64,000 bases of DNA from Patescibacteria group bacterium (GTDB lineage: Bacteria; Patescibacteriota; Minisyncoccia; Phycocordibacterales; Phycocordibacteraceae). Made by a program: the position numbers and the translations under genes. The number at the start of each line of letters is the position of its first letter. Within the stretch, counting starts at the first letter, position 1. Positions 46,313 through 55,978 of the stretch are shown here, one piece after another. The DNA is taken from the NCBI GenBank assembly GCA_018826905.1, contig JAHJYC010000004.1, forward strand, positions 207,988 through 271,987, in the 5' to 3' direction. A model generated the notes under the pieces. That model was not told the DNA's origin and searched no databases. It worked only from the letters and a program-made list of their open reading frames with translations.

Positions 46313-48046
46313 TTATCCGAGATCTTCGTCGTCTGGGAAGATTTGTCCGCCAAGAGTGTTTACTTCCTCAAACGGAATCTCGCCTGCTAACGCTTTCATG
46401 ATAGCATCCTCGCGCATTGTGATCATTCCCTTTGCGCGAGCAGCTGCATATACCTCTTCCTCAACGGGGTTTGTGAGCACTACATGTTCTAGCTCCTTGT
46501 CCATGCGCAAAAACTCAAACACTGCCAAACGCCCTCTTGTTCCATTGGGACAATCTGCTGTTGGGTTTGCTGTATAGAAGGACTTAAACTCTGGTAGCTT
46601 TTTACGGTGCTCCTCTGGCAGATCTGCAAACTGCTTATCTAGCATGCCATGTAAGCTTTCCGTTATAGGTACTGCCTTCCCTGCCCCCGGACACAGTCTG
46701 CGCACCAGACGCTGTCCTACGGCAGCAATCAAAGTTGGTGCTATCAAATACGGATCAACACCCATATCTACAAGACGCGGAATAACTCCCGCTGCAGTAT
46801 TCGTGTGAATGGTTGAAAATACGAGGTGTCCGGTGAGCGCTGCTTGAATCGCAAGCTGTGCTGTTTCTTTATCACGAATCTCTCCCACCATAATAATGTC
46901 GGGGTCCTGTCGCAAGATTGAACGAAGTCCTGCTGCGAATGTGTATCCAATTTCCGGACGTACTTGAGATTGAGAGACACCTTTAATTTCATACTCAACA
47001 GGATCTTCAACAGATACTACGTTTGCAGTTTCCCTGTCTAGCTCAGAAAGCATAGAGAAGAGCGTCGTTGATTTTCCTGAACCTGTTGGTCCTGCAATAA
47101 GTACGATGCCGTAAGGCTTCTTTATGATTTCTCGTACCTGAGCTAAATCCGTTTCGGACAATCCAATTGTTTCAAGTGTAGCGATTGATTTAGCGCTATC
47201 CAAAATACGCATCACCACCTTTTCTCCTCCTTGAGTTGGGAAAGTGGACACACGGAAATCAATACGTCGTCCTTCAACAGTAGCAGAGAAGCGTCCGTCT
47301 TGCGGCTTTCGCTTCTCGTCAAGTCGCATCTGAGAAAGAATCTTAATACGAGCAATAACTGCCTGATGCACTTTTGCAGGGAGCTCCAAAGAGGTGTGCA
47401 AATCTCCGTCCATACGGAACCGAACCTTCGTCTTTTCTGGTGACGGTTCTACGTGAATGTCTGATGCTCCTCCTTCAACTGCATACCTTAGTATTGTGGC
47501 TACGATCTTCGTAACTGGAGCATCTGCCTTGATAGTGGTTTCAACAGGTGTATTAGGCTTTCCCCCAATCTCTCCTATAGATTCAGACCCCTCAAACTCA
47601 GACAACGCTTCTCCCACTTCTCCTGAAAGGTTTTCATACTCCTGCAACACCTGATCAAAGTCGCTGTGGTTTATCAGAAAAATCTTATAGGGCATCCCTG
47701 CACGGGAAGAAATAAACTGGAGTGCATCCAATGCTTCAATGTTTTCAGGATCAAGTACTCCCACGGAAAGTGCTCCGTCTTTAACCTCAAGCGGAACAAA
47801 CTGGTAGTGTCGTGCAGACTCTTCTGGAATATATTCCAGTGCACTCTGGTCAGCATTCTCTGCAGGAAGATTCCGATACGGAATACCGTACTTTTCAGAC
47901 GCAACTGCATATGCCTTTTCTACGGGGACTCCCTGCTTCTCTATAAGCTCGTCAACAGATCCTCCCTCACTTACGCCCTTCTGTACCTCAGCAGCAGCTT
48001 CCGCAGTTAAAAGTCCTTTCTCTGTAAGTAGTTCAACTAAGTTCAT
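46313..48046 (-). CDS. pilB: Type IV pilus assembly ATPase PilB (GspE family)
   Basis: N-terminal GSPII_E_N domain, Walker A (GPTGSGKSTTL), the tetracysteine region is degenerate, and a His box. Confidence 0.9.
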   Translation of the reverse strand: MNLVELLTEKGLLTAEAAAEVQKGVSEGGSVDELIEKQGVPVEKAYAVASEKYGIPYRNLPAENADQSALEYIPEESARHYQFVPLEVKDGALSVGVLDPENIEALDALQFISSRAGMPYKIFLINHSDFDQVLQEYENLSGEVGEALSEFEGSESIGEIGGKPNTPVETTIKADAPVTKIVATILRYAVEGGASDIHVEPSPEKTKVRFRMDGDLHTSLELPAKVHQAVIARIKILSQMRLDEKRKPQDGRFSATVEGRRIDFRVSTFPTQGGEKVVMRILDSAKSIATLETIGLSETDLAQVREIIKKPYGIVLIAGPTGSGKSTTLFSMLSELDRETANVVSVEDPVEYEIKGVSQSQVRPEIGYTFAAGLRSILRQDPDIIMVGEIRDKETAQLAIQAALTGHLVFSTIHTNTAAGVIPRLVDMGVDPYLIAPTLIAAVGQRLVRRLCPGAGKAVPITESLHGMLDKQFADLPEEHRKKLPEFKSFYTANPTADCPNGTRGRLAVFEFLRMDKELEHVVLTNPVEEEVYAAARAKGMITMREDAIMKALAGEIPFEEVNTLGGQIFPDDEDLG

Positions 48047-48049
48047 GCA

Positions 48050-48361
48050 TTAAGGTTGTGCGGCAGCCCCTCCAAGCGGAGCAAATGGATCGGTGCGTCC
48101 CGAAGCTTCAGGAACGATAAGAGTATGAATATCTTGCAATTGAAGGAACCGCGGATCATTCAATACCTTTGGACTGAATGAGATTGGATCCAGCTGTGCA
48201 GCGAGAAGGAGGAATGTAGACTGTGCTTCGCTCGTAGGGACTGCACTGTCTGTAGTGATGGTATCAATCTCTGGAGTACGTCCCATAAAGAAATACGCAA
48301 CAGCTCCAAGTACAACAATACCGACTGCTATATAGGTGAGATTTTTTCGTGACATGTTCAT
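48050..48361 (-). CDS. Small single-transmembrane protein in the pilus operon (hypothetical)
   Basis: N-terminal transmembrane helix; located between pilO and pilB. Confidence 0.35.
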   Translation of the reverse strand: MNMSRKNLTYIAVGIVVLGAVAYFFMGRTPEIDTITTDSAVPTSEAQSTFLLLAAQLDPISFSPKVLNDPRFLQLQDIHTLIVPEASGRTDPFAPLGGAAAQP

Positions 48362-48372
48362 ATATATAGGTA

Positions 48373-48924
48373 TTAGCGGAGCCAGTACAATCTGAAGGTT
48401 ACTTCATAGGTGTACACGCTGGTCTCAGAGTCTTTGACTACAATCTCCACCACGTCTAGCGGGCGCAGACTATTCTCAACTCCCTCAAGGAACGTGCGGA
48501 ACGCAGCGTACGATCCTACTGCTGAGACAGACAGATCAAGTGAATCGTAGGGAGTCTGTGGACCTAACTGAGACGTATCAAATGTATTCCCTTCCTCTTT
48601 GTTTTGCGCAACATCAAAGTCAGACAGCTGCACTCCTGAGCGAGCCGCTAAAGAGTTAAGGTCTAAAATAAGTTGCACGTTATCTACACTATCAGGGAGA
48701 AACGTCTCTAGCCGCAGAAGTTGCTCAGCAGATAACTGATCCTTCTCAGTTGCCAGCTGAACTTCCTTTTGCTTAAAGCGCTTTGCGGCCTCAAGTGCGA
48801 GCTTGTAATTATCAATTTCCGCAGAGAGTGCTGTTATGTTTCCCGTATACGTCGGGTGTATGTATCCTGCAAATAGACCAATTGCAGCGAGGATGAGAAC
48901 AACGGGAAGAAGTCGTGTAATCAT
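48373..48924 (-). CDS. pilO: PilO-like pilus assembly protein
   Basis: N-terminal transmembrane segment and coiled coil, then an alpha/beta domain; operon position after pilN. Confidence 0.5.
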   Translation of the reverse strand: MITRLLPVVLILAAIGLFAGYIHPTYTGNITALSAEIDNYKLALEAAKRFKQKEVQLATEKDQLSAEQLLRLETFLPDSVDNVQLILDLNSLAARSGVQLSDFDVAQNKEEGNTFDTSQLGPQTPYDSLDLSVSAVGSYAAFRTFLEGVENSLRPLDVVEIVVKDSETSVYTYEVTFRLYWLR

Positions 48925-49598
48925 AGGACAGGTGATGAAGTTGCCGGAGTCGTCGTAGCCGCAGGCACACTTGTATCAATACCAGGAAGTGTTGACTCAG
49001 GGAGCGGTTCAATCAGAGTAGCGTCTCCAGCTAATACGAGACGAGGGTCCAGTTCAGCAGTCAGCTCAAAGCTCACTGTTCCTGTGGTATTTACCGTGAT
49101 GCTTGAGAAAATAGCACGCTTGATTCGTTTCTCACTCGCAAACGCTTCGCTTTGTGCAGCGAGTGCATTAAAAGTGCGAGCAACTCCCTCCATCTTTATT
49201 TCTGCTGAACGGTCGTCTAGCACAGAAAGTGTGAGTGACCCAAACCGTACGCTCTGCAATGTGTGCTTTTCTAGCACGTCAAAGAATTGAGAGCTGTAGA
49301 CGTGCTGATTCAAAAGAGTCTGCGCAGAATCAAGACGGTTACGAAGTCGTATGAACCCTTCAATTGTATCCTCGTTAATAGCATCCTGTGCGCGCTGAAG
49401 TTCTGCTGCCTTCGCATCACGGACATTTTCCAAATACAGCTTGTATCCAAAGGTTCCTCCTGCACCAACAACAGCAACTCCGACTATAATGCTGGCAACA
49501 ATAAGAAAGGCATTCATTCCGCTTTGCGGACGACGCATGCCAGTTGTTACTGGTTGTTTTGGAACGAACGAAGTTGGTATCGTTGGAGGTATCGCCAC
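48921..49598 (-). CDS. pilN: PilN-like pilus assembly protein
   Basis: Short cytoplasmic N-terminus, transmembrane segment, periplasmic coiled coil; follows pilM. Confidence 0.5.
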   Translation of the reverse strand: MAIPPTIPTSFVPKQPVTTGMRRPQSGMNAFLIVASIIVGVAVVGAGGTFGYKLYLENVRDAKAAELQRAQDAINEDTIEGFIRLRNRLDSAQTLLNQHVYSSQFFDVLEKHTLQSVRFGSLTLSVLDDRSAEIKMEGVARTFNALAAQSEAFASEKRIKRAIFSSITVNTTGTVSFELTAELDPRLVLAGDATLIEPLPESTLPGIDTSVPAATTTPATSSPVL

Positions 49599-49654
49599 AG
49601 TATATATAAGTATACGGTCTTATCCCTTATTGTGCGCATGCTTTATGCACAGTA

Positions 49655-50743
49655 TTACCCGAGCTCTTCCAGCTTACGAAGTGCAAGCCCAACAGCAACA
49701 GCAAACTCAGGCCCAATTGATTCTAGTACTGGCTTCATGAATGCTGGAGCTTGCGTCTTTCCAAACGGATTTGCAATATGCACATCCATTGCAAAGAATG
49801 TCTTCGCATACTGCTCCAGTTCCTTTGTTACCCCTCCTCCTCCGGTAAGGATAAGGCTTACAGCCTTCTTTTGATGATTGTTTTCATATTGGCTAAGTGC
49901 ACGCTTCGCCTCTTCAAAAATTCGCGAGAACACGAGCTCAATACTTCGCAAATCATAGGTGCCCTCCTCTTGAGCAAATCCATGTTCCTTCTTTAGGTTC
50001 TCTGCCTTCCCAACGGTAAGTCCCTGAGAAGTTGCAATAGTGCGTGTCACGTCTTGTCCGCCCTGAGGAATATTATGAGAGAGCGCAACGACTCCATGCT
50101 CAACGACATACACCTTTGTTGCAGAGGCTCCAATATCAAGCACCATCACCGGCTTCACGGGCTCGTCAACAACTGAACGAATAGTGCTAAAGATTTCTAT
50201 TTCATAAAATGAAGCAGCAAGTTCTGCTCCTCGCACCACACCCTCAAGCAAGGAGAGTTCGTCGTTATGCACAGCAACGAGAAGTACCTGTACCTTCTGT
50301 GGTTTCTCCGCGCCCTCAGGGAGAGCCTGTGGGATTATGAAATAATCCAGTTGCACTTCTGAAACGGGAACAGGAATATATTTCCTCGCCTCAAGCTCAA
50401 TAACGGTCTTTTGTTCGTCTGGATCGTCTCGTCTTGGCAACTCAACAAGAGTGAGCAAGGAACGAGAGAACGGAATAGAAATACCCGCATCTTTAGTCGT
50501 TACGTTTGCCTCTCGCATTAAGTCTCTTAGGGACTCTGCAATGGTATCTGCAGGAAGATTGGTTGCTTGACCTGCTTCTCCTCCAGCGTAGGGGCCCAGT
50601 GCTAACTCTCCATAGGTTTCAAGCACTGCCGTAGCTCCTTCGCGACGCAACTGCACAACCTTCAAAGAAGAAGAGCCTACGTCAACACCAATGACGCTTC
50701 TGCCACTTTTGCTTGATCCAAAGAGATTGCTAAGGAAGCCCAT
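49655..50743 (-). CDS. pilM: Type IV pilus assembly protein PilM (actin-like ATPase fold)
   Basis: VIGVDVGSSSLKVVQL actin-like ATPase motif. The ATG at 50743 is chosen (MGFLSNLFG). Confidence 0.8.
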   Translation of the reverse strand: MGFLSNLFGSSKSGRSVIGVDVGSSSLKVVQLRREGATAVLETYGELALGPYAGGEAGQATNLPADTIAESLRDLMREANVTTKDAGISIPFSRSLLTLVELPRRDDPDEQKTVIELEARKYIPVPVSEVQLDYFIIPQALPEGAEKPQKVQVLLVAVHNDELSLLEGVVRGAELAASFYEIEIFSTIRSVVDEPVKPVMVLDIGASATKVYVVEHGVVALSHNIPQGGQDVTRTIATSQGLTVGKAENLKKEHGFAQEEGTYDLRSIELVFSRIFEEAKRALSQYENNHQKKAVSLILTGGGGVTKELEQYAKTFFAMDVHIANPFGKTQAPAFMKPVLESIGPEFAVAVGLALRKLEELG

Positions 50744-50763
50744 GCGAGAATTGTAGCATTGGT

Positions 50764-51354
50764 ATGAATCTTGCACGCATATTCCTTGACTGTATATTCC
50801 CTCCAAGAAAAACAGAACGCATTACGCGGTCTCTTTCTGTGGAAGAGGTGCGGGTTCTCTTGTCTCCCATATCCGTCACTCCACACATAACCGCCTTACT
50901 CCCCTATCGCACTCCGCAGGTCTCCGCACTTATTCGTGAGGCAAAGTTTAAGGACAATGCGCACGCGCAAAAGATTCTTGGTGTCCTATTACATGACTAT
51001 TTAAAAAAGGAAGAGATTTTGGGCGCAGTATTCGTCCCTATACCGCTGTCTTCAGTGCGCCACAAGGCACGCGGATACAATCAAGTAGAGCGAGTACTTA
51101 CGAGTGCCGGGATTCCCTATGTGCCGAGCCTGCTGCTACGCACCAGAGACACCGTACCCCAGACAAGCCTACGGGCATCCCATAGAAAGACGAATCTGAA
51201 GGACGCTTTCAAGGTACAGGGGCTTATAGACCCAAACTGTACCTATATAGTGCTAGACGACGTTAGTACTACTGGAGCAACTCTCATTTCAGCTATAGAA
51301 ACCCTTACAACAGCTGGCGCGGTAAAGGTACGCGGTATCACATTGGCGCATTAG
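50764..51354 (+). CDS. comFC: ComF family protein (phosphoribosyltransferase-domain competence protein)
   Basis: C-terminal PRTase motif (YIVLDDVSTTGATL). Confidence 0.7.
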   Translation: MNLARIFLDCIFPPRKTERITRSLSVEEVRVLLSPISVTPHITALLPYRTPQVSALIREAKFKDNAHAQKILGVLLHDYLKKEEILGAVFVPIPLSSVRHKARGYNQVERVLTSAGIPYVPSLLLRTRDTVPQTSLRASHRKTNLKDAFKVQGLIDPNCTYIVLDDVSTTGATLISAIETLTTAGAVKVRGITLAH

Positions 51355-51379
51355 GGCGAAAATGATACTTTGTAGTGAC

Positions 51380-51466
51380 GGAGACGTGGCTGAGTGGTCG
51401 AAAGTACCTCACTGCTAACGAGGCGAGCTGTAAAAGGCTCCGAGGGTTCGAATCCCTCCGTCTCCG
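51380..51466 (+). tRNA. tRNA-Ser (anticodon GCU), class II
   Basis: Acceptor GGAGACG/CGTCTCC, discriminator G, anticodon loop CUGCUAA, long variable arm (GAGC-tgtaaaag-GCTC), T-arm GAGGG-TTCGAAT-CCCTC; A31-C39 mismatch. Confidence 0.85.
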
Positions 51467-51488
51467 CCCGAAGGATTACGTGACAGAA

Positions 51489-51526
51489 AGAAAAACCCGC
51501 CTTATGGCGGGAATTTCTTTTATTTC
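51489..51526. terminator. Bidirectional intrinsic terminator
   Basis: AAAAACCCGCC-ttat-GGCGGGAATTTCTTTTATTT. Confidence 0.6.
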
Positions 51527-51535
51527 AACGAAGCG

Positions 51536-53779
51536 TTAGGGCTTCAGAGTACTCCACTTGTCTACTAACACTTTCAACTGCGCAGCAAGTGAAGCAAGTG
51601 CTGCATCAGCTCCAACAATTGCACTTGCGCCAAGCACCTCGGGTGCAATAGTCTTCGTGTTCGTAGGTCCTGGATTTATGAGTGGTCCAGTAGTGTCCTC
51701 TATGATGAGGGATCCTGTCGCGAGGGTCGCGTTATTTGCTGAAAGCGTAACGCTGTACTTCCCAGGAGAAAGCGAAGGAGACACTGTTACGGACCATCGC
51801 CCATTTTTCACAGTAACGTCTCCACTTCCGTATACCTTATCTCCGTTTGCAATTGAGATTCCAACAGTATTGGCATTAGTTGCTGTACCGCTGATTGTTG
51901 GGTTGCCTGAGTATGCGTAGAGCGAACTGCTATCAATTGAGCCTGAAGCCGTTGGCGATGAAACCAAGACTGCAATCCTCTTTTCTGAGCGAGGAGCATC
52001 CTCCTTACCTGTCTGTGAACCGTTAACACAGTTGAGACGATAGACCATCGTAGACGACGGAGTGAGTGTCATAGACCCATTCACACCGATGTAATACTCG
52101 TTCGTAGTAGACATAAGGCTACACTGCGTCGCATTCTTTGTTGACCATGAGAGGGTCGTAGCACCTCCGCTCACAATTTGGCTTGGTGAGGCCGTAAAAG
52201 AGATAGTCGGTTTCGGACCAAGATCTATATCTCGGCGATATATCTCCTTCTTTCCCCATGTGCAATATATGCCTGTGCCTGGATTGTTTGTCGCGTTAAG
52301 TTTGCAATTCTCCAGTGCTGCAGCTTCCGTGATGTTCTTTGTCTCTATAAAGAGTCGTCCATTCATGTACCCGCGATACGTATCGGTTGCAGTAGTATCG
52401 TCAATCGTTACTCTAAGTGCCGTAACGGCGATTGGCACTGTCCCTACACCAGAAGTGAGCATGAGTGAGTACACTTCAGTCTTTCGGGGCAGGTCTGGAG
52501 AAACAGTGACTGCCCAGCGACCATTCACGACTTTGATCTGCGTGTCCCTAAACATACGCTGACCATTTTTGTCAGTAATCGTAAGCGCAACAGTAGATGT
52601 GTTGCTTGCCAAACCTGTAATACGGGGAGCTGTTGTGGTTACCTCAACACCAGCAGACCCTGGAGCTACATCAAACGAGCCTGTTGGCTTCAGTGTTGTA
52701 TCCCCCGTGTCTGGAATCCAAATCTGATCCGTCTGAAAATCTCCGTTATCATACGGTGCCGGTATGTACTGGTACGTTTGTATACCAGCCGCAAGACGGT
52801 ACACCCCATCTATATGCACGCCATACGCCGCTGACGTCGTTGGGTCCAGCGTCACGGTAAGTGTAAATGTTTCAGTATCTCCTTCTTGAACTACGTACGC
52901 TCCTCCCAGCTTGTCACCAGTAGAAGTTAGTACAGCTGACGATGTCCCGTTGAATGTAGGACTGCCCGCGATTCTGTACACAACACCAGCCTTGGGTGAT
53001 GTGTTTGCTGTTCCAGGAATTACGATGTCAGAGTTTCCGGCAGAGACGTCAAACTTTATCGTGTACGTTCCATACGAGTTACTTACAGGACTCAATGTTG
53101 TTACAGATTGACTTGCGCTCACTGCCTCAATCCACACACCCTCAAGCGAAAGAATATGTTCAGCTGATACCGCAGTACCTGCAACACGTGGCTTCCCTCC
53201 TGTCTCAAGATTTACTGCAGAAACACCCTCTCCACTGAGAGAAAACTCTATAGTAGTGCCTAACTCGTACGCGCTCTTTGAGGCAGCGAACGCGACCTCA
53301 AGTTCAAATGTTTCAGTATCTTCAGCTTTAATCTCTGCATCCATATTTCTGAACACAATGGATCCATCCTCTTTCCTCTCAATAACACCATTGTAATAGT
53401 CTCCATCAAATGAAAGTGTTGCTGAATCTACAAGAGCGCTTGTTTTCAAAGTACCAAGAGTCTCTGTGTCTAAAACCAGTTCAGATACTTCTATATCCTC
53501 ATCAGTTGTATTCTCAAGTTCAAACACAAATACGGTATAGTCCTCAGAAACCTGAGTCTCACTTACCTCTAGAGTTGCTGCATCAGGATTCTCCGCACTC
53601 TCGTGTAGTACGAGATCAGCATTGCGTGCCTGAAGCTGTGCCTGAAGCAATGCGAGTTGAGCCAAAAGCACTTGTATCTGCGCCTGCAAGGACGATATGG
53701 ACTGAGCACTCGCTGCGTTTGGTATGGAAAGTGCCAGGACGAGCGTAAAGACGACAGCGATGTTTCTAAGTTTCAACAT
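51536..53779 (-). CDS. Large secreted surface protein with multiple beta-rich repeat domains (paralog of 19987..21780)
   Basis: Signal peptide (MLKLRNIAVVFTLVLALSIPNAASA), N-terminal coiled coil, repeated ...KNGRWAVTVSP... / ...KNGRWSVTVSP... modules, and a shared GDTETFTLTVTL domain. Confidence 0.55.
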   Translation of the reverse strand: MLKLRNIAVVFTLVLALSIPNAASAQSISSLQAQIQVLLAQLALLQAQLQARNADLVLHESAENPDAATLEVSETQVSEDYTVFVFELENTTDEDIEVSELVLDTETLGTLKTSALVDSATLSFDGDYYNGVIERKEDGSIVFRNMDAEIKAEDTETFELEVAFAASKSAYELGTTIEFSLSGEGVSAVNLETGGKPRVAGTAVSAEHILSLEGVWIEAVSASQSVTTLSPVSNSYGTYTIKFDVSAGNSDIVIPGTANTSPKAGVVYRIAGSPTFNGTSSAVLTSTGDKLGGAYVVQEGDTETFTLTVTLDPTTSAAYGVHIDGVYRLAAGIQTYQYIPAPYDNGDFQTDQIWIPDTGDTTLKPTGSFDVAPGSAGVEVTTTAPRITGLASNTSTVALTITDKNGQRMFRDTQIKVVNGRWAVTVSPDLPRKTEVYSLMLTSGVGTVPIAVTALRVTIDDTTATDTYRGYMNGRLFIETKNITEAAALENCKLNATNNPGTGIYCTWGKKEIYRRDIDLGPKPTISFTASPSQIVSGGATTLSWSTKNATQCSLMSTTNEYYIGVNGSMTLTPSSTMVYRLNCVNGSQTGKEDAPRSEKRIAVLVSSPTASGSIDSSSLYAYSGNPTISGTATNANTVGISIANGDKVYGSGDVTVKNGRWSVTVSPSLSPGKYSVTLSANNATLATGSLIIEDTTGPLINPGPTNTKTIAPEVLGASAIVGADAALASLAAQLKVLVDKWSTLKP

Positions 53780-53942
53780 GAAGTTTTGGTGAGAGTGAGT
53801 AACTACACAAACCTTAGCCGGGATGCTGAAATACACAAGAGCACGGAAGTGCATAAAGACAAGCACAATTAAGAATATTGACAATACAGAAATTATGTAC
53901 TACTGTGTTCTCCAGTACAGTCATGCTGGGCATTGGGCCCTA

Positions 53943-54515
53943 ATGGAGAACATGATGAAGAAGATCCTTTTTGGAGTTATGGCTGCCGGGGCCATGTTGG
54001 CTGCGGCAGGAGGGGCGAATGCACAAGTTCGCCAGGACACAGTCACGCTGCCCGACGGTTCAACCGTCGCCATCGTGACGACGCGCGAGGGTGGCTGGCT
54101 TCGCAGCCAGGAGACCGGACGGCTGGTCTTCCACTGCACCCCACAGTGCGGACTGGCGCAGGCGACCAACGGAAGCTCGCCCGGTATCTTGCCGGGGTTG
54201 GTCGGAAACCTGATCAATGGCTTCAGCATCGTGCGCGCGGCCGAAGTTCTGCGTCCGTCGGAGACCCACGTCTCCAACTACGCAGGCGGCGGCAACGCAG
54301 ACGCCTGGTCGGACGCGTATGTCCGAAATGACGTCACCAACGAGAACGAGACGTCGGTGGACGTGGACGCCCGCAACAACGGCACCACCCCGCCGCCCCT
54401 TCCGCCGATCACACCGCCCTGCTGTGTGGGCCCGACGCCTCCCTTCCCGCCTCCGCCTCCTCCTCCACCACCTCCTCCGCCTCCGCCGCCCTTCCCGGTA
54501 ACTCCCGGGAACTAG
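53943..54515 (+). CDS. Secreted proline-rich protein encoded in a GC-rich island
   Basis: Signal peptide (MMKKILFGVMAAGAMLAAAGGANA); C-terminal PPPLPPITPPCCVGPTPPFPPPPPPPPPPPPPPPFP; local GC of about 65% against about 47% in the flanks. Confidence 0.45.
   Translation: MENMMKKILFGVMAAGAMLAAAGGANAQVRQDTVTLPDGSTVAIVTTREGGWLRSQETGRLVFHCTPQCGLAQATNGSSPGILPGLVGNLINGFSIVRAAEVLRPSETHVSNYAGGGNADAWSDAYVRNDVTNENETSVDVDARNNGTTPPPLPPITPPCCVGPTPPFPPPPPPPPPPPPPPPFPVTPGN
54437..54496. repeat. (CCN)n simple-sequence repeat encoding a polyproline tract
   Basis: cctcccttcccgcctccgcctcctcctccaccacctcctccgcctccgccgcccttcccg. Confidence 0.8.
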
Positions 54516-54533
54516 GGGACGGAACGACAAAAC

Positions 54534-54562
54534 CAAGGGCCTGTCTTCGGACGGGCCCTTTT
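54534..54562. terminator. Intrinsic terminator closing the GC-rich island
   Basis: GGGCCTGTC-ttcg-GACGGGCCC followed by TTTTT. Confidence 0.6.
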
Positions 54563-54563
54563 T

Positions 54564-55415
54564 CTATTCTTCCAACAAACTGTTTAGCTGAGCAGTAAAT
54601 TCCTTTGGTGGAATTGTTGCGACATTCTGAATTTCAGCCTTCTTCTTCGTAAGATCATACGCCTCTCGCACCTCCTCTTTTGTGGCACTCCCTAGCGCTA
54701 TAAATCCCTGATCCATTAAATACAGATCTGCATATCCAGTAAGTTGCCAAGCAATGTCATACGGGAGTGTGTTGGGTGCTATATCGTTCACAATATGAGC
54801 AAGAGCGTTCGTACAGTTCTCTGTAAGCGTATTGTAAAAGCGAGGCGTCTCAGCAAGAGTATTAGTTTTCTCTATTACTCCACGGAAAAGCCCTTCGCGC
54901 ATCTCTGACGTGAGTGAAAGCGGGTATCTGTGTATCGGATGATCCAGATACAGCAACCGTCTTGCTATAAAATCTCGTTCTGTTCCCCACTGGTACGCAA
55001 GTTCGTACTCTTTAAATAACCCGCGGATTGCAGAATAGTCTTCTCCAACTTCGCGTTTCGCTTCTACAGAGAAAGAAAGTACGGTACCGTCCTCAAACTC
55101 AAAAGAAAGAAAGGTGTGCCCCACAGCTTCCCAAGAAGAAAATGGTTCTGTGACAAACCACACTTGAGTGACCCTTGCTGGATCTACCGTGATGTCTTCC
55201 CATTCCTTTTCAAGAATAGTTAGATCTCCGTATGTCCAGTTGCGGACATTCTTTATTGCTACTTTTCCCTCCTGCGTATATGTAGCGCTCATTGTCTTAG
55301 AGAACTCCTGAGACCAATCACGATTACCCTCTGGAGACTTAAGACTTATAGATACGAGCAGCAGAACAACTGCTATAGAGGCAAGTACAAGCACTAGCTT
55401 AAGGGGAAACTTCAT
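54564..55415 (-). CDS. Membrane-anchored DUF4105-like protein
   Basis: N-terminal transmembrane segment; central FLSFEFEDGTVLSFSVEAKRE...YELAYQWGTERD segment resembling DUF4105. Confidence 0.4.
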   Translation of the reverse strand: MKFPLKLVLVLASIAVVLLLVSISLKSPEGNRDWSQEFSKTMSATYTQEGKVAIKNVRNWTYGDLTILEKEWEDITVDPARVTQVWFVTEPFSSWEAVGHTFLSFEFEDGTVLSFSVEAKREVGEDYSAIRGLFKEYELAYQWGTERDFIARRLLYLDHPIHRYPLSLTSEMREGLFRGVIEKTNTLAETPRFYNTLTENCTNALAHIVNDIAPNTLPYDIAWQLTGYADLYLMDQGFIALGSATKEEVREAYDLTKKKAEIQNVATIPPKEFTAQLNSLLEE

Positions 55416-55507
55416 TGCTGGAAGTGTAGCACTTTAGGAATCTATACTCATGGCTTCTTCAGCACTCTCCTTGATACAATTACTACATAATCAGTAACCT
55501 CTACTCT

Positions 55508-55888
55508 ATGATCGCTCATCTCACCATCCATGTTAATGATATAGAAGCAAGCAAGACCTTTTATACAAAAGCACTTGCGCCCCTCGGATATGAACTCTTA
55601 AATGAATACCCTGAGTGGAAGCTTGCGAGCTTTGGAAAGAATGGGAATGCTGAGATCTGGCTCTATGGCGCTGAGGGAGCAAAGCAAGAAGGACATATCG
55701 CTTTTGTAGCTGAGAGCAAAGAGCAGGTAGAACAATTTTATTCAGAGGGACTCACCGCAGGAGGAACTGACAATGGTGCGCCTGGCTATCGTAAGAATTA
55801 CGCACCTGGCTACTACGCTTCATTCGTTTATGACCCAAGCAAAAACAACATAGAGGCAGTCTTCATGGACCCAGAGCCATCTGAGTAG
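55508..55888 (+). CDS. VOC (glyoxalase/bleomycin-resistance) family protein
   Basis: Paired beta-alpha-beta-beta-beta modules (HLTIHVNDIEASKTFY...GHIAFVAES). Confidence 0.7.
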   Translation: MIAHLTIHVNDIEASKTFYTKALAPLGYELLNEYPEWKLASFGKNGNAEIWLYGAEGAKQEGHIAFVAESKEQVEQFYSEGLTAGGTDNGAPGYRKNYAPGYYASFVYDPSKNNIEAVFMDPEPSE

Positions 55889-55978
55889 ATAGAAGCCACG
55901 CACAGAACCAGACTCCTCGTGAAGCATTAACTTTCTTAAATTCGTATTTGTTTTAAATCCCTGGTATATACAAGGGAC

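Noticed and set aside
53921-54536. Multiple overlapping ORFs (53921..54277-, 53933..54331+, 54060..54536-, 54217..54501+)
   Set aside because: These are stop-codon-poor frames typical of high-GC DNA. Only the signal-peptide frame starting at 53943 has protein-like features.
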